Shown: positions 27,945-37,483 of the stretch, one piece after another
How the letters are laid out: each line of letters begins with the position of its first letter
Numbering within the stretch: the first letter of the stretch is position 1
DNA from: a virus
DNA length: 64,000 nucleotides
Direction: 5' to 3' (one strand)
Virus record (IMG/VR): IMGVR_UViG_3300046817_000745
Location: 1 to 64,000 of that record
Made by a program: the position numbers and the translations under genes
Notes under the pieces: model-generated
Seen by the model: only the letters and a program-made list of their open reading frames with translations
The model's database searches: none
Told to the model about the DNA's origin: nothing

Positions 27945-28261
27945 TGGCGATCAACCGCTACCGCCTGAACTCGAAGGTCACCCTCGCAGCTGGGACGTAC
28001 GCACCCGACGTGGAGACGGGCGCGGCGTCAACCACTCCGCTCGGCGTCGGGTCGCCCGCCAACTTCGGCACCGGCAGCTACGGCCAGGGAGTGGGCAAGT
28101 GGGGCAGCGGAGCCGGCGCGGCCGGAGGCTCGACCACCTGGCTGGCCGGAATGGAGCTGCTGCTCGACCCGGCGGGGTCGCTCTACACCGCGATCGGCGG
28201 CAGCAACCTGACGCAGATCACCTCGGCCGACAACATCGGCCACTCCGGCTTGAGCAACTGA
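27944..28261 (+). CDS. Small virion-associated protein ending SGLSN
   Basis: TGATG coupling; TAIGGSNL motif. Confidence 0.7.
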   Translation: MAINRYRLNSKVTLAAGTYAPDVETGAASTTPLGVGSPANFGTGSYGQGVGKWGSGAGAAGGSTTWLAGMELLLDPAGSLYTAIGGSNLTQITSADNIGHSGLSN

Positions 28262-28272
28262 GGGGAGCGGAT

Positions 28273-28569
28273 ATGCCGACGGCAGGAAACAAGCAGCCGG
28301 ACAGCCCGGACACTGCGGCTGACAAGCCGGACCCCCGTGATGCGCGGATCGTCGAGCTGGAGCAGCAGCTGGCCGCGATCCAGCGTCCGACGATCACGAT
28401 CCAGGGCCTTCCAGTGCGCCTCAAGGTCGAGCCGCCCCACTCGGAGCTGCACTACGCCGGGCGGATCATCGGTACCGATTACACCGAGGTCCCCGCGAAC
28501 ATGGCGTCCGCGTACATGGAAGCCGCAGCCGACGCGGGCGTGACCCTCACCCAGGATCAGGAGGGCTGA
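28273..28569 (+). CDS. Hypothetical protein
   Basis: GGGGAG RBS; short coiled coil. Confidence 0.7.
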   Translation: MPTAGNKQPDSPDTAADKPDPRDARIVELEQQLAAIQRPTITIQGLPVRLKVEPPHSELHYAGRIIGTDYTEVPANMASAYMEAAADAGVTLTQDQEG

Positions 28570-28570
28570 C

Positions 28571-29179
28571 ATGCCCGGGGCGCCTCTTCTCTACACACCG
28601 CCGAACTACACCACCACCAATGTGGTGTACGGGACCGGCATCCTGTTCACCGCAGCGACCGGCACCGCGGTTCCGTCCGATCAGAACCTCGGCGTGGGAA
28701 GTGCATGGACCGGCCTGGGGTGGGCGTACGTCGGCTCAACCGAGGCCGGTGTCACGGTCACGTTCAACCCGACCACGCAGAACATCTCGGTCGAGGAGCA
28801 GCCCACACCGGTCGGTGTGGCCGTCAACACCGCCGAGCTGCAGGTCACCACCTCCATGTCGGAGGAGACCCTGTCCAACGTCAACCTCGCGTACGGCAAC
28901 TGCGGCACGGTCGCGATCACTCCGCCCGGGGCGGGACAGCCGGGTAAGTCGGTGCTGACGCTGTCGACCAACTTCACCAGCGTGGCGGTCGCAGTGGTCG
29001 GCAAGAACCTGTACGGCTTCGCCCGGGTGGTCTTCGTCCCGGTCGTCGTCTCCGCCGGCCAGGTGCAGACCGCGTACCGCCGCGCCGCGCAGCAGCGGCT
29101 CTACCCGCTGACCCTCTCGGCGATCTGCCCGTTCAACCAGATCACCTACACCGACCTGACGGCAATCGCGACCTCGTAA
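28571..29179 (+). CDS. Major tail (tube) protein
   Basis: W.YVGST..GV, I.VE, M.E.TL.N..LA pattern, Thr/Val-rich, 202 aa. Confidence 0.8.
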   Translation: MPGAPLLYTPPNYTTTNVVYGTGILFTAATGTAVPSDQNLGVGSAWTGLGWAYVGSTEAGVTVTFNPTTQNISVEEQPTPVGVAVNTAELQVTTSMSEETLSNVNLAYGNCGTVAITPPGAGQPGKSVLTLSTNFTSVAVAVVGKNLYGFARVVFVPVVVSAGQVQTAYRRAAQQRLYPLTLSAICPFNQITYTDLTAIATS

Positions 29180-29191
29180 GGAGACCGGACG

Positions 29192-29419
29192 ATGGGCGCC
29201 AACGTGCGGATCGTCAAGGCGGACACGACGTTCACCTATGACGGCGTGAGCCAGTCGGTTGCGATGGGGACGATCATCGACATCCCCGCCGGCTCCGCAC
29301 TGGAGACCGCGATCGGAGCGGGCAACCTGGCCGCGCTCGGCGCCGCGGGCACACCGACCGCAACGTCCATCGCGATGGGCGGAGCCATGCTGATGGACGC
29401 CCAAGACGCAGGGAGCTGA
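29192..29419 (+). CDS. Small virion-associated protein
   Basis: AAGGAG RBS; TAIGAGNL motif. Confidence 0.7.
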   Translation: MGANVRIVKADTTFTYDGVSQSVAMGTIIDIPAGSALETAIGAGNLAALGAAGTPTATSIAMGGAMLMDAQDAGS

Positions 29420-29420
29420 T

Positions 29421-29843
29421 ATGTCCGTCCCGACCCCGACCTTCCCGGCGACCACCGTCAAGGTCGCCAACACCACCGGACAGAACGTGCGAGTCGCGCT
29501 CACAGGCGGCACGTCGACCTTCATCTACACGTACGACCAGCTCGGTACCCAGGTGCAGGTCGGGACCACCACACCTCAGAACGTCCTGCTGCCGCCGGGA
29601 TACTCGATCTCGGCCACGTTCTCGGTCGCACCGACCTGGGCGTGGACCGACCCGTACGACGTGTCGGACTACCCTCCCGTCTACTCGCAGCCGAACCAGA
29701 TCACCGCGCAGGTATCCCCGAACAACCTGCTGCAGCAGCTTCCCGGCAACGTCTACGCACCGACCCGCAACCTGGGGGGCGGCACCGGGTGCTGGGCGGG
29801 CGTCGCATCCGCGGCCGGGCTGTCGGTGGGAGTGAGCAACTGA
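29421..29843 (+). CDS. Virion-associated protein ending VGVSN
   Basis: Beta-rich domain paralogous to 27285-27944. Confidence 0.7.
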   Translation: MSVPTPTFPATTVKVANTTGQNVRVALTGGTSTFIYTYDQLGTQVQVGTTTPQNVLLPPGYSISATFSVAPTWAWTDPYDVSDYPPVYSQPNQITAQVSPNNLLQQLPGNVYAPTRNLGGGTGCWAGVASAAGLSVGVSN

Positions 29844-29894
29844 CATGGTGACGCGTACGGTCGGCAGCACCGCGCCTTTGTGCACAGGTGCGCC

Positions 29895-30443
29895 GTGACC
29901 ACTATGTACGCCTCGCTGGCAGACCTGAAGCTGGTCATGGACAGCACCGACACGGGCACCGGCACCGCGGCGCAGCTGTCCGACGCACAACTCACCCTCG
30001 CGCTGCAGGCGGCGTCCAACCGGGTCAGCGTGTACGCCGGCAACGTCTATGACAGCTCTACGCCGCAGTCCGTACCACCGGACATCTTCCATGATCTGAC
30101 CCTCGACCTGGCTGCGTTCTGGGCGACCGTCACGTACCTCAAGAACAAGGAAATGCCGCAGAACCACCCGGTGCTGCTGCGGTACAAGGACGCGCAAGGC
30201 GTTCTGAACGCCGTGCGCGACGGCAAGCTGCGGCTCGACGTCACGGCACCCGGCGGGGTCGGGCAGGAAACCGGCGTAGTGATCAACAGGATCCCGCGGA
30301 TCTTCACCGGAGACGACTCGAACACCACGATCAACCCGATGACCGGCTCGCTGCAGGCTGACGTTCCCTCCGACATGTGGCGGCCCGGGTACGCGGACAT
30401 CGCCGAGCAGCTCGGCGAGGGAAGCGCCTGGTACCAGGGATGA
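29895..30443 (+). CDS. Head-tail adaptor (Mu gp36/DUF1320-like)
   Basis: YASLADL, AL..AS..V..Y, RYKDA...L..VRDGK..L. Confidence 0.8.
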   Translation: MTTMYASLADLKLVMDSTDTGTGTAAQLSDAQLTLALQAASNRVSVYAGNVYDSSTPQSVPPDIFHDLTLDLAAFWATVTYLKNKEMPQNHPVLLRYKDAQGVLNAVRDGKLRLDVTAPGGVGQETGVVINRIPRIFTGDDSNTTINPMTGSLQADVPSDMWRPGYADIAEQLGEGSAWYQG

Positions 30444-30970
30444 CCGCAGCGTTCGCCGACCGGATCGCACAGCTGCGGGAGATGGTCGGCAGCCGTGAAG
30501 GAGAGATCCGCGCCAGTGTCGTTGTCGACCAGGTGTACGCCCATTTCCAGCATGAGCACCTGGAGCTGCACCATCCCCGCGGTGGAAAGGCGAAGTTCCT
30601 CGAGCAGCCGCTGTTCGCGCACCACAAGGACTACCTGGCCGACTACGCGCACACCGTGCTGCGTGACGGCGGCCGCGCGGCAATGGTGCGCTCGGCCGAT
30701 CACCTGTCCGACCAGGTCGAGATCCACGCACCGCGCGAGTGGGGCGATCTGATGAAGTCCGGACACCCGCAGGTGCATCTCGGAGATCATGAGATCTACG
30801 ACAAGCCGCCGAGAGTGCACCGGCTCACCAAGGCGGAGCTGCGTGTCAAGAGCCGTGCCATCCTGCGGGCACGGCTGGCGGCGGGCCTCACGGTGTACTT
30901 CATGCGGGGCGGCAAAGTCGTGCGCATCCCGGGCAAGAACGAGCCGCACGAGCTGCGGGGGCGGCTGTGA
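30440..30970 (+). CDS. Neck/tail-completion protein (HK97 gp10-like)
   Basis: YAHFQHE...HPRGGKAKFLEQP. Confidence 0.65.
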   Translation: MTAAFADRIAQLREMVGSREGEIRASVVVDQVYAHFQHEHLELHHPRGGKAKFLEQPLFAHHKDYLADYAHTVLRDGGRAAMVRSADHLSDQVEIHAPREWGDLMKSGHPQVHLGDHEIYDKPPRVHRLTKAELRVKSRAILRARLAAGLTVYFMRGGKVVRIPGKNEPHELRGRL

Positions 30971-31377
30971 CCGCGCAGACAAAGCTGGTCATAGACTGGA
31001 TCTCATCTCTGGGGTGGGACACCCGCCAGGAGGCGGGCTACCCTCTGCTGCCCGGTCCGGAGATCCTGGCCGAGCCGGACAAGGCGGTGCACATCACGTG
31101 CACCGGTGGTCCCGGGTACACCACCGAGGAACCCGCCACCGACGGCTTCAGCTTTCAGGCGCGCGTCCGCGGGCCGTCCGACGACCCGCTCGCCGCCGAC
31201 ACGGCCGCCGGACTGCTCGACTCGATGATCCTGGGCGCGAGCTTCCCGGCCAATGTGGACGGCACGCACATCCACCACGTGCACCGGATGGGCTCCGGCC
31301 CGTCGCCGCTACCCCTCGACCCGGCGGATCGCCGCTTCGAGTATGCCTGCAGCTACATAATGATCGCGGGAGTGTGA
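30967..31377 (+). CDS. Tail terminator-like protein
   Basis: GGPG, FQARVRG, D...R.EY..Y pattern; position. Confidence 0.7.
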   Translation: MTAQTKLVIDWISSLGWDTRQEAGYPLLPGPEILAEPDKAVHITCTGGPGYTTEEPATDGFSFQARVRGPSDDPLAADTAAGLLDSMILGASFPANVDGTHIHHVHRMGSGPSPLPLDPADRRFEYACSYIMIAGV

Positions 31378-31380
31378 AGC

Positions 31381-31878
31381 ATGGCCACTGGACCACGGAC
31401 GCTGATCCAGCCGATCCCGTTCAACCTGTACCCCAATCTGCAGGCGTCTTCGGTCTTCTCGCCGTCGGGCAACGGCTTCGACACCGGGTCGCCGGGTGGG
31501 TCGTTCACCGCCTGGACCGTGGCGTCCACACTGGGTGTGATCATCCCGAACAACGGGTCGGTCCTGCTGTGGTACGTCAACGGAGCCACGGCCGCCGTGC
31601 CATACCAGGTGCTGGTCGGGGACGTGATCGGCAACACCGGGCAGGTGGCCCCGGCCACCACGATCGCCGGCACGATCACCGCCAGCTCCTCCGGCTGGCT
31701 GGGCCCCTGGTCGCCCGCCACGTACAACCAGCAGGCCCCGGCGAGTGTGACCTACGCAGGAGCGACCAACACGCAGGCACTGACGGCTGCCGCGCAGGGC
31801 TGCGTCGTGGTCGACTTCACCACCCCCACCATCACGTTCGCCGTGCGCGCGTACACGCTGACCCCCGTCTCGCCGTAA
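31381..31878 (+). CDS. Hypothetical virion protein
   Basis: Beta-rich ORF in tail operon. Confidence 0.7.
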   Translation: MATGPRTLIQPIPFNLYPNLQASSVFSPSGNGFDTGSPGGSFTAWTVASTLGVIIPNNGSVLLWYVNGATAAVPYQVLVGDVIGNTGQVAPATTIAGTITASSSGWLGPWSPATYNQQAPASVTYAGATNTQALTAAAQGCVVVDFTTPTITFAVRAYTLTPVSP

Positions 31879-31888
31879 GGAGCCGCCC

Positions 31889-32341
31889 ATGCCGAAATTC
31901 GACGCCGGGACCGTGGTCGAGCCACTCGACTACGATTTCACCACCGTGAAGGGGTACCCGCACCACAAGGCCAAGGGACTGATCCCCGAGCCCAGCGAGA
32001 AGCAGATCGCGTCATTCATCGGAAGCCTGCGCGACTTGATGAAGGACGCGGGGGCGATGGTCGACGGTGGCGACGCCGAGGACATCGCCAATCCGATGGC
32101 GTTCCTCAAGCAGCTCGACTCGTACGACCCGGCGAAGTTCCTCGATCTGTACGCAGGCATGAGCACCGCCTACGCCGATCTGTGTTCAGGCAACCCCTCA
32201 GTCGAGGAGATCTCGGCACTTCCGCTGCGTGTGCGGCTGCGGTTCTTCGCCTGGCTGATGGAAGAGGTGGTCTCCCCGGAAGCCGGACCCGGCGCTGGGA
32301 TAGCGGTGGTGACACCGCTGCGGTCCGCAGCCGCCGGGTAA
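31889..32341 (+). CDS. Tail assembly chaperone
   Basis: AAGGAG RBS; second gene before tape measure. Confidence 0.7.
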   Translation: MPKFDAGTVVEPLDYDFTTVKGYPHHKAKGLIPEPSEKQIASFIGSLRDLMKDAGAMVDGGDAEDIANPMAFLKQLDSYDPAKFLDLYAGMSTAYADLCSGNPSVEEISALPLRVRLRFFAWLMEEVVSPEAGPGAGIAVVTPLRSAAAG

Positions 32342-32610
32342 TCCTCTGCATTGTCCGCCGGCACCTGCACATCGGACCGGCCGAGTGGGACGCGCTGAGC
32401 TGGGACTACCAGCGGATGTACCTAGAGCACCTGGACGAGGATGAGGAGATCCCGTTCAGCCTGGGCACTGCGGACCCCGTCGAGTCACCAGGACACGGCG
32501 CCGGGCCGTCGGTCAGAGAGAACGTGGACACCGGCGCGTCCGTGCTGGATATCAGCGCCATGCGGGCCGAGCTCGAGGAGGCGCGGCGTGTGCGGAAAGG
32601 CGGTTCCTGA
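32282..32610 (+). CDS. Tail assembly chaperone C-terminal extension, probably reached by -1 frameshift
   Basis: -1 frame open 32182-32610 without a good own start; candidate non-canonical slip site CCCGGAA at 32275-32281. Confidence 0.55.
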
Positions 32611-35600
32611 TGTTTGACGCGGGCGCCATCGAAGCCACGCTTACTGTCCACCTCGATCAGTTCAACCGTGACCTGGACAAGGCCGAGGAGCGGATCCGCC
32701 GGATCGAGGCGGAGAAGCACATCGTCAAGATCTCCGCCGTCTTCGACACCGCCTCGATGACCCGTGCCCGCAAGATGTTCGCCGACCTGGACATGCAGAT
32801 ATCCCGGGATGCGGCGATGCGGCTCAAGACCAGCCCGCAGGGGTCGGTGCTCGGCTCGCTCAACGCGCTGTTCTCCCCGCACCCGGTGGCTGGATCTCCG
32901 ACCGCGCAGCAGTCCGGTCAGCAGGGCCTGCTCGGCAAGATGTTCAACACACCCGGCGGAGGCGCAGGCCGGCCGGGGCCGGCTGCTGGGCCGCAACAGC
33001 AGCCTCCCGGCCGCACCACGGGCCCTGCACCGGGCCCGGGCGGCGTGGGGCCCGCTATGACCGTCCCGGGCCAGCAGAGGGACTCCAAGGGCAGATTCAC
33101 GTCCGGAGGCGGCGGCGGAGGCAGTAGCAACAGCCTGCTGTTCAAGCTGCTCTCTCAGATGCTGGGCGGTGATAAGAGGGCGCAGGACGTCGTCTCGGCG
33201 TTGACGCCGAACACCAAGGCACTTACAGGATTCATCAACAAGCTCGGGTCGGCGGCCGGCCCCGGCATTCTGGGCATCAGCGCGAAGAGAGCCAGCCAGG
33301 TGGGGGTTGGCGGATCACTGCTGGGCGCGCTGCCCGCGCTGCTGGGGCCGTTGGCCGCGCTCGGTGTCGGCGGGGCGGGCGCGGGCGTGCTCGCACTCGG
33401 GGCCAAGACACTGATCGGGACCAAGCAGGACCCCGGCCAGCTCTACAACCCGGCGCAGAAGGCCGGCGCGGCGCTGCAGGGCGGTCTGAAGACCGCGGCG
33501 CAGCCGCTGGTCAAACCACTCGAACAGGCGTTTTCACAGATTCCGTCCTTGATCAAAAGCATCACCCCGGCGTTGACTCAGCTGTTCGCCGGGGCATCGA
33601 CCTTGATCCAGCCATTCCTCCAGGGAATCACCGCGCTGGCCAAAGACGTGCTGCCGGGGCTCGGTCAGGCGTTCCGGGTCGTGGCCCCGCTGATGGAGCC
33701 GTTCCTGTCCTCGATCGGCCAGCTTTTCAAGAACCTGCTACCCGGGCTCTTGTCAATGTTAAAGGCCGTACAACCGATTCTTGGTGTGCTAGAGGGAGTC
33801 GTCGGCCGGGTCGGAACCGCACTAGGCGGCTTGTTTTCCGCAATAGCGCCGGTCATGCAACCGGCAAGTGTGCTGCTCAAGGCCGTCTTAGACCTCGTCC
33901 TATCTCTACTGCCGATCATAGGTCAGTTGGCAGCAATTTTCGCGTCAGCCTTGGCGCCCGCTTTTCAGATGTTCGCCGGCCTGCTCAACCAGCTCGTGCC
34001 GGTGCTGATCCCGATCGGCAAGATCCTCGCCCAGCTGGCCGGGGCCGTGCTCGTCGACCTGGTCGGAATTCTCCAGCCGCTGGTCCAGCTGATCGGCGCA
34101 CTGGCGCCATCCTTCGGCATCCTGGCCAAGGTGCTCGGCGACGTCTTCAACGCGCTGGAGAACACCGGCATCTTCCAGGTGCTCGCCTCTGCGCTGGAAA
34201 GCGTCGTCGGACCGCTGGCCAGCTTTATCAACATGTTGGTGGCACAGCTCGCACCTTTCATCCCGCCGCTGCTGCAGATCTTCCAGTCGCTGGTCAACGC
34301 CGGTATCAACGTCTTCGTCACCGCGATCCTCACGCTACTGCCGATACTCACCCAGCTCGTTCAGGCACTGCTGCCGCCACTGCTCAAGATCATCGTTGCG
34401 CTCACTCCGACCATTGCCCAGCTGGCCCAGCTGATGGCTCGGGGGCTGGGAGACGCGATCGTGGCCATAGCCAATGTCCTGGCGCCGCTGCTGGTGCTGA
34501 TCGTGAAGTTGATCGTCGGTGTGGTCAACTGGCTGAACAGCACACACCTGCTCCTGCCGGTTCTCGGCCTGCTGATGCTGGCTATCGCACCCATACCCAC
34601 GGCGATCGGCCTGATTGCCCTGGCGATCGGATACCTGGCGGAGCACTGGCAACGCATTTGGGGTGACATCAAACAGTGGGCAAAAGACGCCTGGGACTTC
34701 ATCTACAACGGATTCGGGAAGTATCTGCTGCCACTGCTCGGTCCGGTCGGCCTGATCGCGCTGGGTGTGATCGAGCTGCTCAAGCACTGGAAACAGGTAT
34801 GGGGCGACATCAAGCAAGTCGGTCTCGACTTCTACCAGTGGATCTGGAAAGACTTCGGTGCCAAGATCTCAAACTTCATCACCAAGACCGTACCCAGCTG
34901 GTTCGACACCGCGGTCGGCGCGATCAAGACCGCCTGGAACAAGGTCGAGGACGTTTTCAAAGTCCCGGTGAATTTCTTGATCAACACCGTGTACGACGGT
35001 GGGATCCGCCGGTTCTGGAACGACGTGATGGGCGCGATCGGGCTCGGGTCGCTCGACCTGCCGCTCATCAAGGGACTGGCATCAGGTGGGAAGATCCACA
35101 ATGGCACCGGGCCGCGCGCCGACGATGTGCTCATTCGGGCCAGCCGTGGGGAAACCGTCGTGTCGGCCGCGCACTCGGCCATGCTCGCGCCGCTGTTCGC
35201 AGCCGTCGGTGTTCCTGGGTACGCAGGCGGCGGGGTCGTCGGTGACGTCGGCGGGGTCGTCGCAGCCCTGCTGACGGGCAACACCGGCGCATTGACCAAC
35301 TCGCTCATGGATCTGGTCGGTGTGTCCAAGGGCACGTCGGGCGATCTGGCCCAGATGGTCACCGGCATCCCAAAGAAGATCATTGGTGACGCCGTGCACT
35401 GGGTCTCCGGGTCGATCGGCGGGATCATCAGTGCACTCTTCGGCACGAAGTCGGCAGGCAGTGCCCTCGCCGGGATAGCAGGCGTTGTGCCGGGCATAGC
35501 GAACGCCCGGCTGGCTCAGCTGATGTACCCGAAGTGGGCCAGTGGGTCCGACTGGGCCGCGTGGAACTACGTCGCGATGCGGGAATCCGGATGGTCCAAC

Positions 35601-36071
35601 ACCGCGAACAACCCGTCATCCGGCGCGTACGGCATCGCGCAGGCCCTGCCGTACACCAAGATGCCGAAAGCGGCCTGGCCGCCGTCCGCAGGCGGCAGCG
35701 CCGACCCGGCCACACAGATCATGTGGATGATCAGTTACATGCTCGGACGGTACGGTGGGCCGGTCGGCGCGGCCGCGCACGAGCAGCAGTTCAACTGGTA
35801 CGGCGGCGGATTGGACGCGGTCTTCAGCCACCCCACCGTGATCGGTGTCGGCGAGCGCGGGCCCGAGGCGGTTAGCGTCACACCACTCGCGTCGTACGGG
35901 CTGCGCGGTAAAGACCGCCTCGATCAGCTCATCGCGGCGCTCGGCAACGACCGGCCGATGATCGGCACGTATCAGACGGCGTTCTACGGCACCGGAGACA
36001 CCGCGTACGCCATGCGCGAGCTGGCTCGCACACTGCGCGTGTCCCGGCTGCAGGCGGTGGTGGGAAGATGA
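32610..36071 (+). CDS. Tape measure protein with C-terminal lytic transglycosylase
   Basis: 1153 aa, amphipathic repeats, Trp-spaced repeats, RESGW...A.NPSSGAYGIAQALP. Confidence 0.93.
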   Translation: MFDAGAIEATLTVHLDQFNRDLDKAEERIRRIEAEKHIVKISAVFDTASMTRARKMFADLDMQISRDAAMRLKTSPQGSVLGSLNALFSPHPVAGSPTAQQSGQQGLLGKMFNTPGGGAGRPGPAAGPQQQPPGRTTGPAPGPGGVGPAMTVPGQQRDSKGRFTSGGGGGGSSNSLLFKLLSQMLGGDKRAQDVVSALTPNTKALTGFINKLGSAAGPGILGISAKRASQVGVGGSLLGALPALLGPLAALGVGGAGAGVLALGAKTLIGTKQDPGQLYNPAQKAGAALQGGLKTAAQPLVKPLEQAFSQIPSLIKSITPALTQLFAGASTLIQPFLQGITALAKDVLPGLGQAFRVVAPLMEPFLSSIGQLFKNLLPGLLSMLKAVQPILGVLEGVVGRVGTALGGLFSAIAPVMQPASVLLKAVLDLVLSLLPIIGQLAAIFASALAPAFQMFAGLLNQLVPVLIPIGKILAQLAGAVLVDLVGILQPLVQLIGALAPSFGILAKVLGDVFNALENTGIFQVLASALESVVGPLASFINMLVAQLAPFIPPLLQIFQSLVNAGINVFVTAILTLLPILTQLVQALLPPLLKIIVALTPTIAQLAQLMARGLGDAIVAIANVLAPLLVLIVKLIVGVVNWLNSTHLLLPVLGLLMLAIAPIPTAIGLIALAIGYLAEHWQRIWGDIKQWAKDAWDFIYNGFGKYLLPLLGPVGLIALGVIELLKHWKQVWGDIKQVGLDFYQWIWKDFGAKISNFITKTVPSWFDTAVGAIKTAWNKVEDVFKVPVNFLINTVYDGGIRRFWNDVMGAIGLGSLDLPLIKGLASGGKIHNGTGPRADDVLIRASRGETVVSAAHSAMLAPLFAAVGVPGYAGGGVVGDVGGVVAALLTGNTGALTNSLMDLVGVSKGTSGDLAQMVTGIPKKIIGDAVHWVSGSIGGIISALFGTKSAGSALAGIAGVVPGIANARLAQLMYPKWASGSDWAAWNYVAMRESGWSNTANNPSSGAYGIAQALPYTKMPKAAWPPSAGGSADPATQIMWMISYMLGRYGGPVGAAAHEQQFNWYGGGLDAVFSHPTVIGVGERGPEAVSVTPLASYGLRGKDRLDQLIAALGNDRPMIGTYQTAFYGTGDTAYAMRELARTLRVSRLQAVVGR

Positions 36072-37483
36072 CCGATCCGGTGCTGAGCGCAGGCCAGTAC
36101 TCCATCGACGGACTGGTGTTCGGGTCCGGTCAGATGATCTCGATAGCCAAGACGGAGATCAGCCCCGGTGCCGCAGTGACACAGGACACCCAGCTGATCG
36201 CCAACGACGGAAGACGATTCGGCTTCGACGTGCTGCCCGGGATGGCGGTCATCTTCACCGGGCAGGCGTTCCAGCAGGGCGATACCGGCCTGGCCCAGAT
36301 GAACGCGTACGACACCTTCGCCGCCACCTGGGGAAGGAAAGCCGTCCGGCGGACACCCGGGGCGGTCAGCACCCTGCGGATGTACTACCGGGGCAGCTCG
36401 GTGACCCGGCGGGTGTACGGCAGGGGGCGGGCATGTACGCCGGTCCTCGGCCTGGCCAGCCAGGGGTACATTCCGTTCACCGCCGAATTCGACTGCGCCG
36501 ACAGTGTGTTCTACGGAGACGTGCTCAACTCCTTCACCCTGGGCACCGCCTACGCGTTCACCGGTGGCGGCGTCGCACCGCCGCTCACCCCTCCGGTGGC
36601 GCTGGCCGCGGTCCAGACCGCGAACAACATGATTCCCGCGGCGGACAGCGACTTCGAACTGCCCTGGACGGGGAGCTGGACACCGCAGACGCTGATCTCA
36701 TCCCTCGGCCAGTCGACCGACTGGGCCGCGATCGGCACGCACTCGATGAAGGCAGCGGTCACCGGAGCGGGCACCGCGATCGTCAACTATGCAAATCTGT
36801 CGGTGCTTGCCGGGCTGTCCTACGGAGCGGGGCTGCGCGTCCGGGTCAGCTCGGGCAGCGGGACGGCGACGTTGACCGGGCAATGGCTCAACGGCGCGCT
36901 GGGCGTCATCGGGTCCCCGGTCACCTTCGGCACGGCGACGGCGACCACCAGCGGCACGGGGGTCCAAGTCGGCGGACTGCAGAGTGCCCCGGCCGGGGCG
37001 GCATGGCTCACCCTATCCCTCAGCTACGCGGCGGCCGGCGCCGTCAGCTTCTACGCGGACACGGTCATCGTCACCCAGGGCGTATATCAGAACAATGCGA
37101 TCCTGAACTCTGGAACCACTGACACCTGGCCGGTTATCACGATCACGGGTCCGTGCACTAATCCATCGATCATCTACCAGGGCAGTTCGACATCGCTTAC
37201 GCTGCAGACCGCCCTGGCCGCGAATCAGACGGCTGTGATATCCACCGTGCCGTGGAACCGGTACGTCGGAATCACCAGCTCGATCGGAGCCGATCCGTAC
37301 GGATCCGTCGCGGTCGCCGCGTCGCTGTCCGGAGTGGTGCGCGGCAGCCCGCTGGACGCTTTGATGATCCCGGCCGGATCCTTGACACCGGTCACATACT
37401 CAGCTCAAGACCTGACAGGGACATCGCGCTGCACCGTGTCTTGGCGCAATGCTTTCAAGATGCTAGGAGGCTCGACTCCGTGA
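36068..37483 (+). CDS. Distal tail protein with inserted carbohydrate-binding-like domain
   Basis: Follows TMP; N.GT.DTWPVITITGP..NP motif; central beta-sandwich insert. Confidence 0.75.
   Translation: MTDPVLSAGQYSIDGLVFGSGQMISIAKTEISPGAAVTQDTQLIANDGRRFGFDVLPGMAVIFTGQAFQQGDTGLAQMNAYDTFAATWGRKAVRRTPGAVSTLRMYYRGSSVTRRVYGRGRACTPVLGLASQGYIPFTAEFDCADSVFYGDVLNSFTLGTAYAFTGGGVAPPLTPPVALAAVQTANNMIPAADSDFELPWTGSWTPQTLISSLGQSTDWAAIGTHSMKAAVTGAGTAIVNYANLSVLAGLSYGAGLRVRVSSGSGTATLTGQWLNGALGVIGSPVTFGTATATTSGTGVQVGGLQSAPAGAAWLTLSLSYAAAGAVSFYADTVIVTQGVYQNNAILNSGTTDTWPVITITGPCTNPSIIYQGSSTSLTLQTALAANQTAVISTVPWNRYVGITSSIGADPYGSVAVAASLSGVVRGSPLDALMIPAGSLTPVTYSAQDLTGTSRCTVSWRNAFKMLGGSTP

Noticed and set aside
33700-33960. 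Lower-GC patch with unusual Leu codons in the TMP gene
   Set aside because: Frame intact and repeat pattern continues; no insertion boundaries seen
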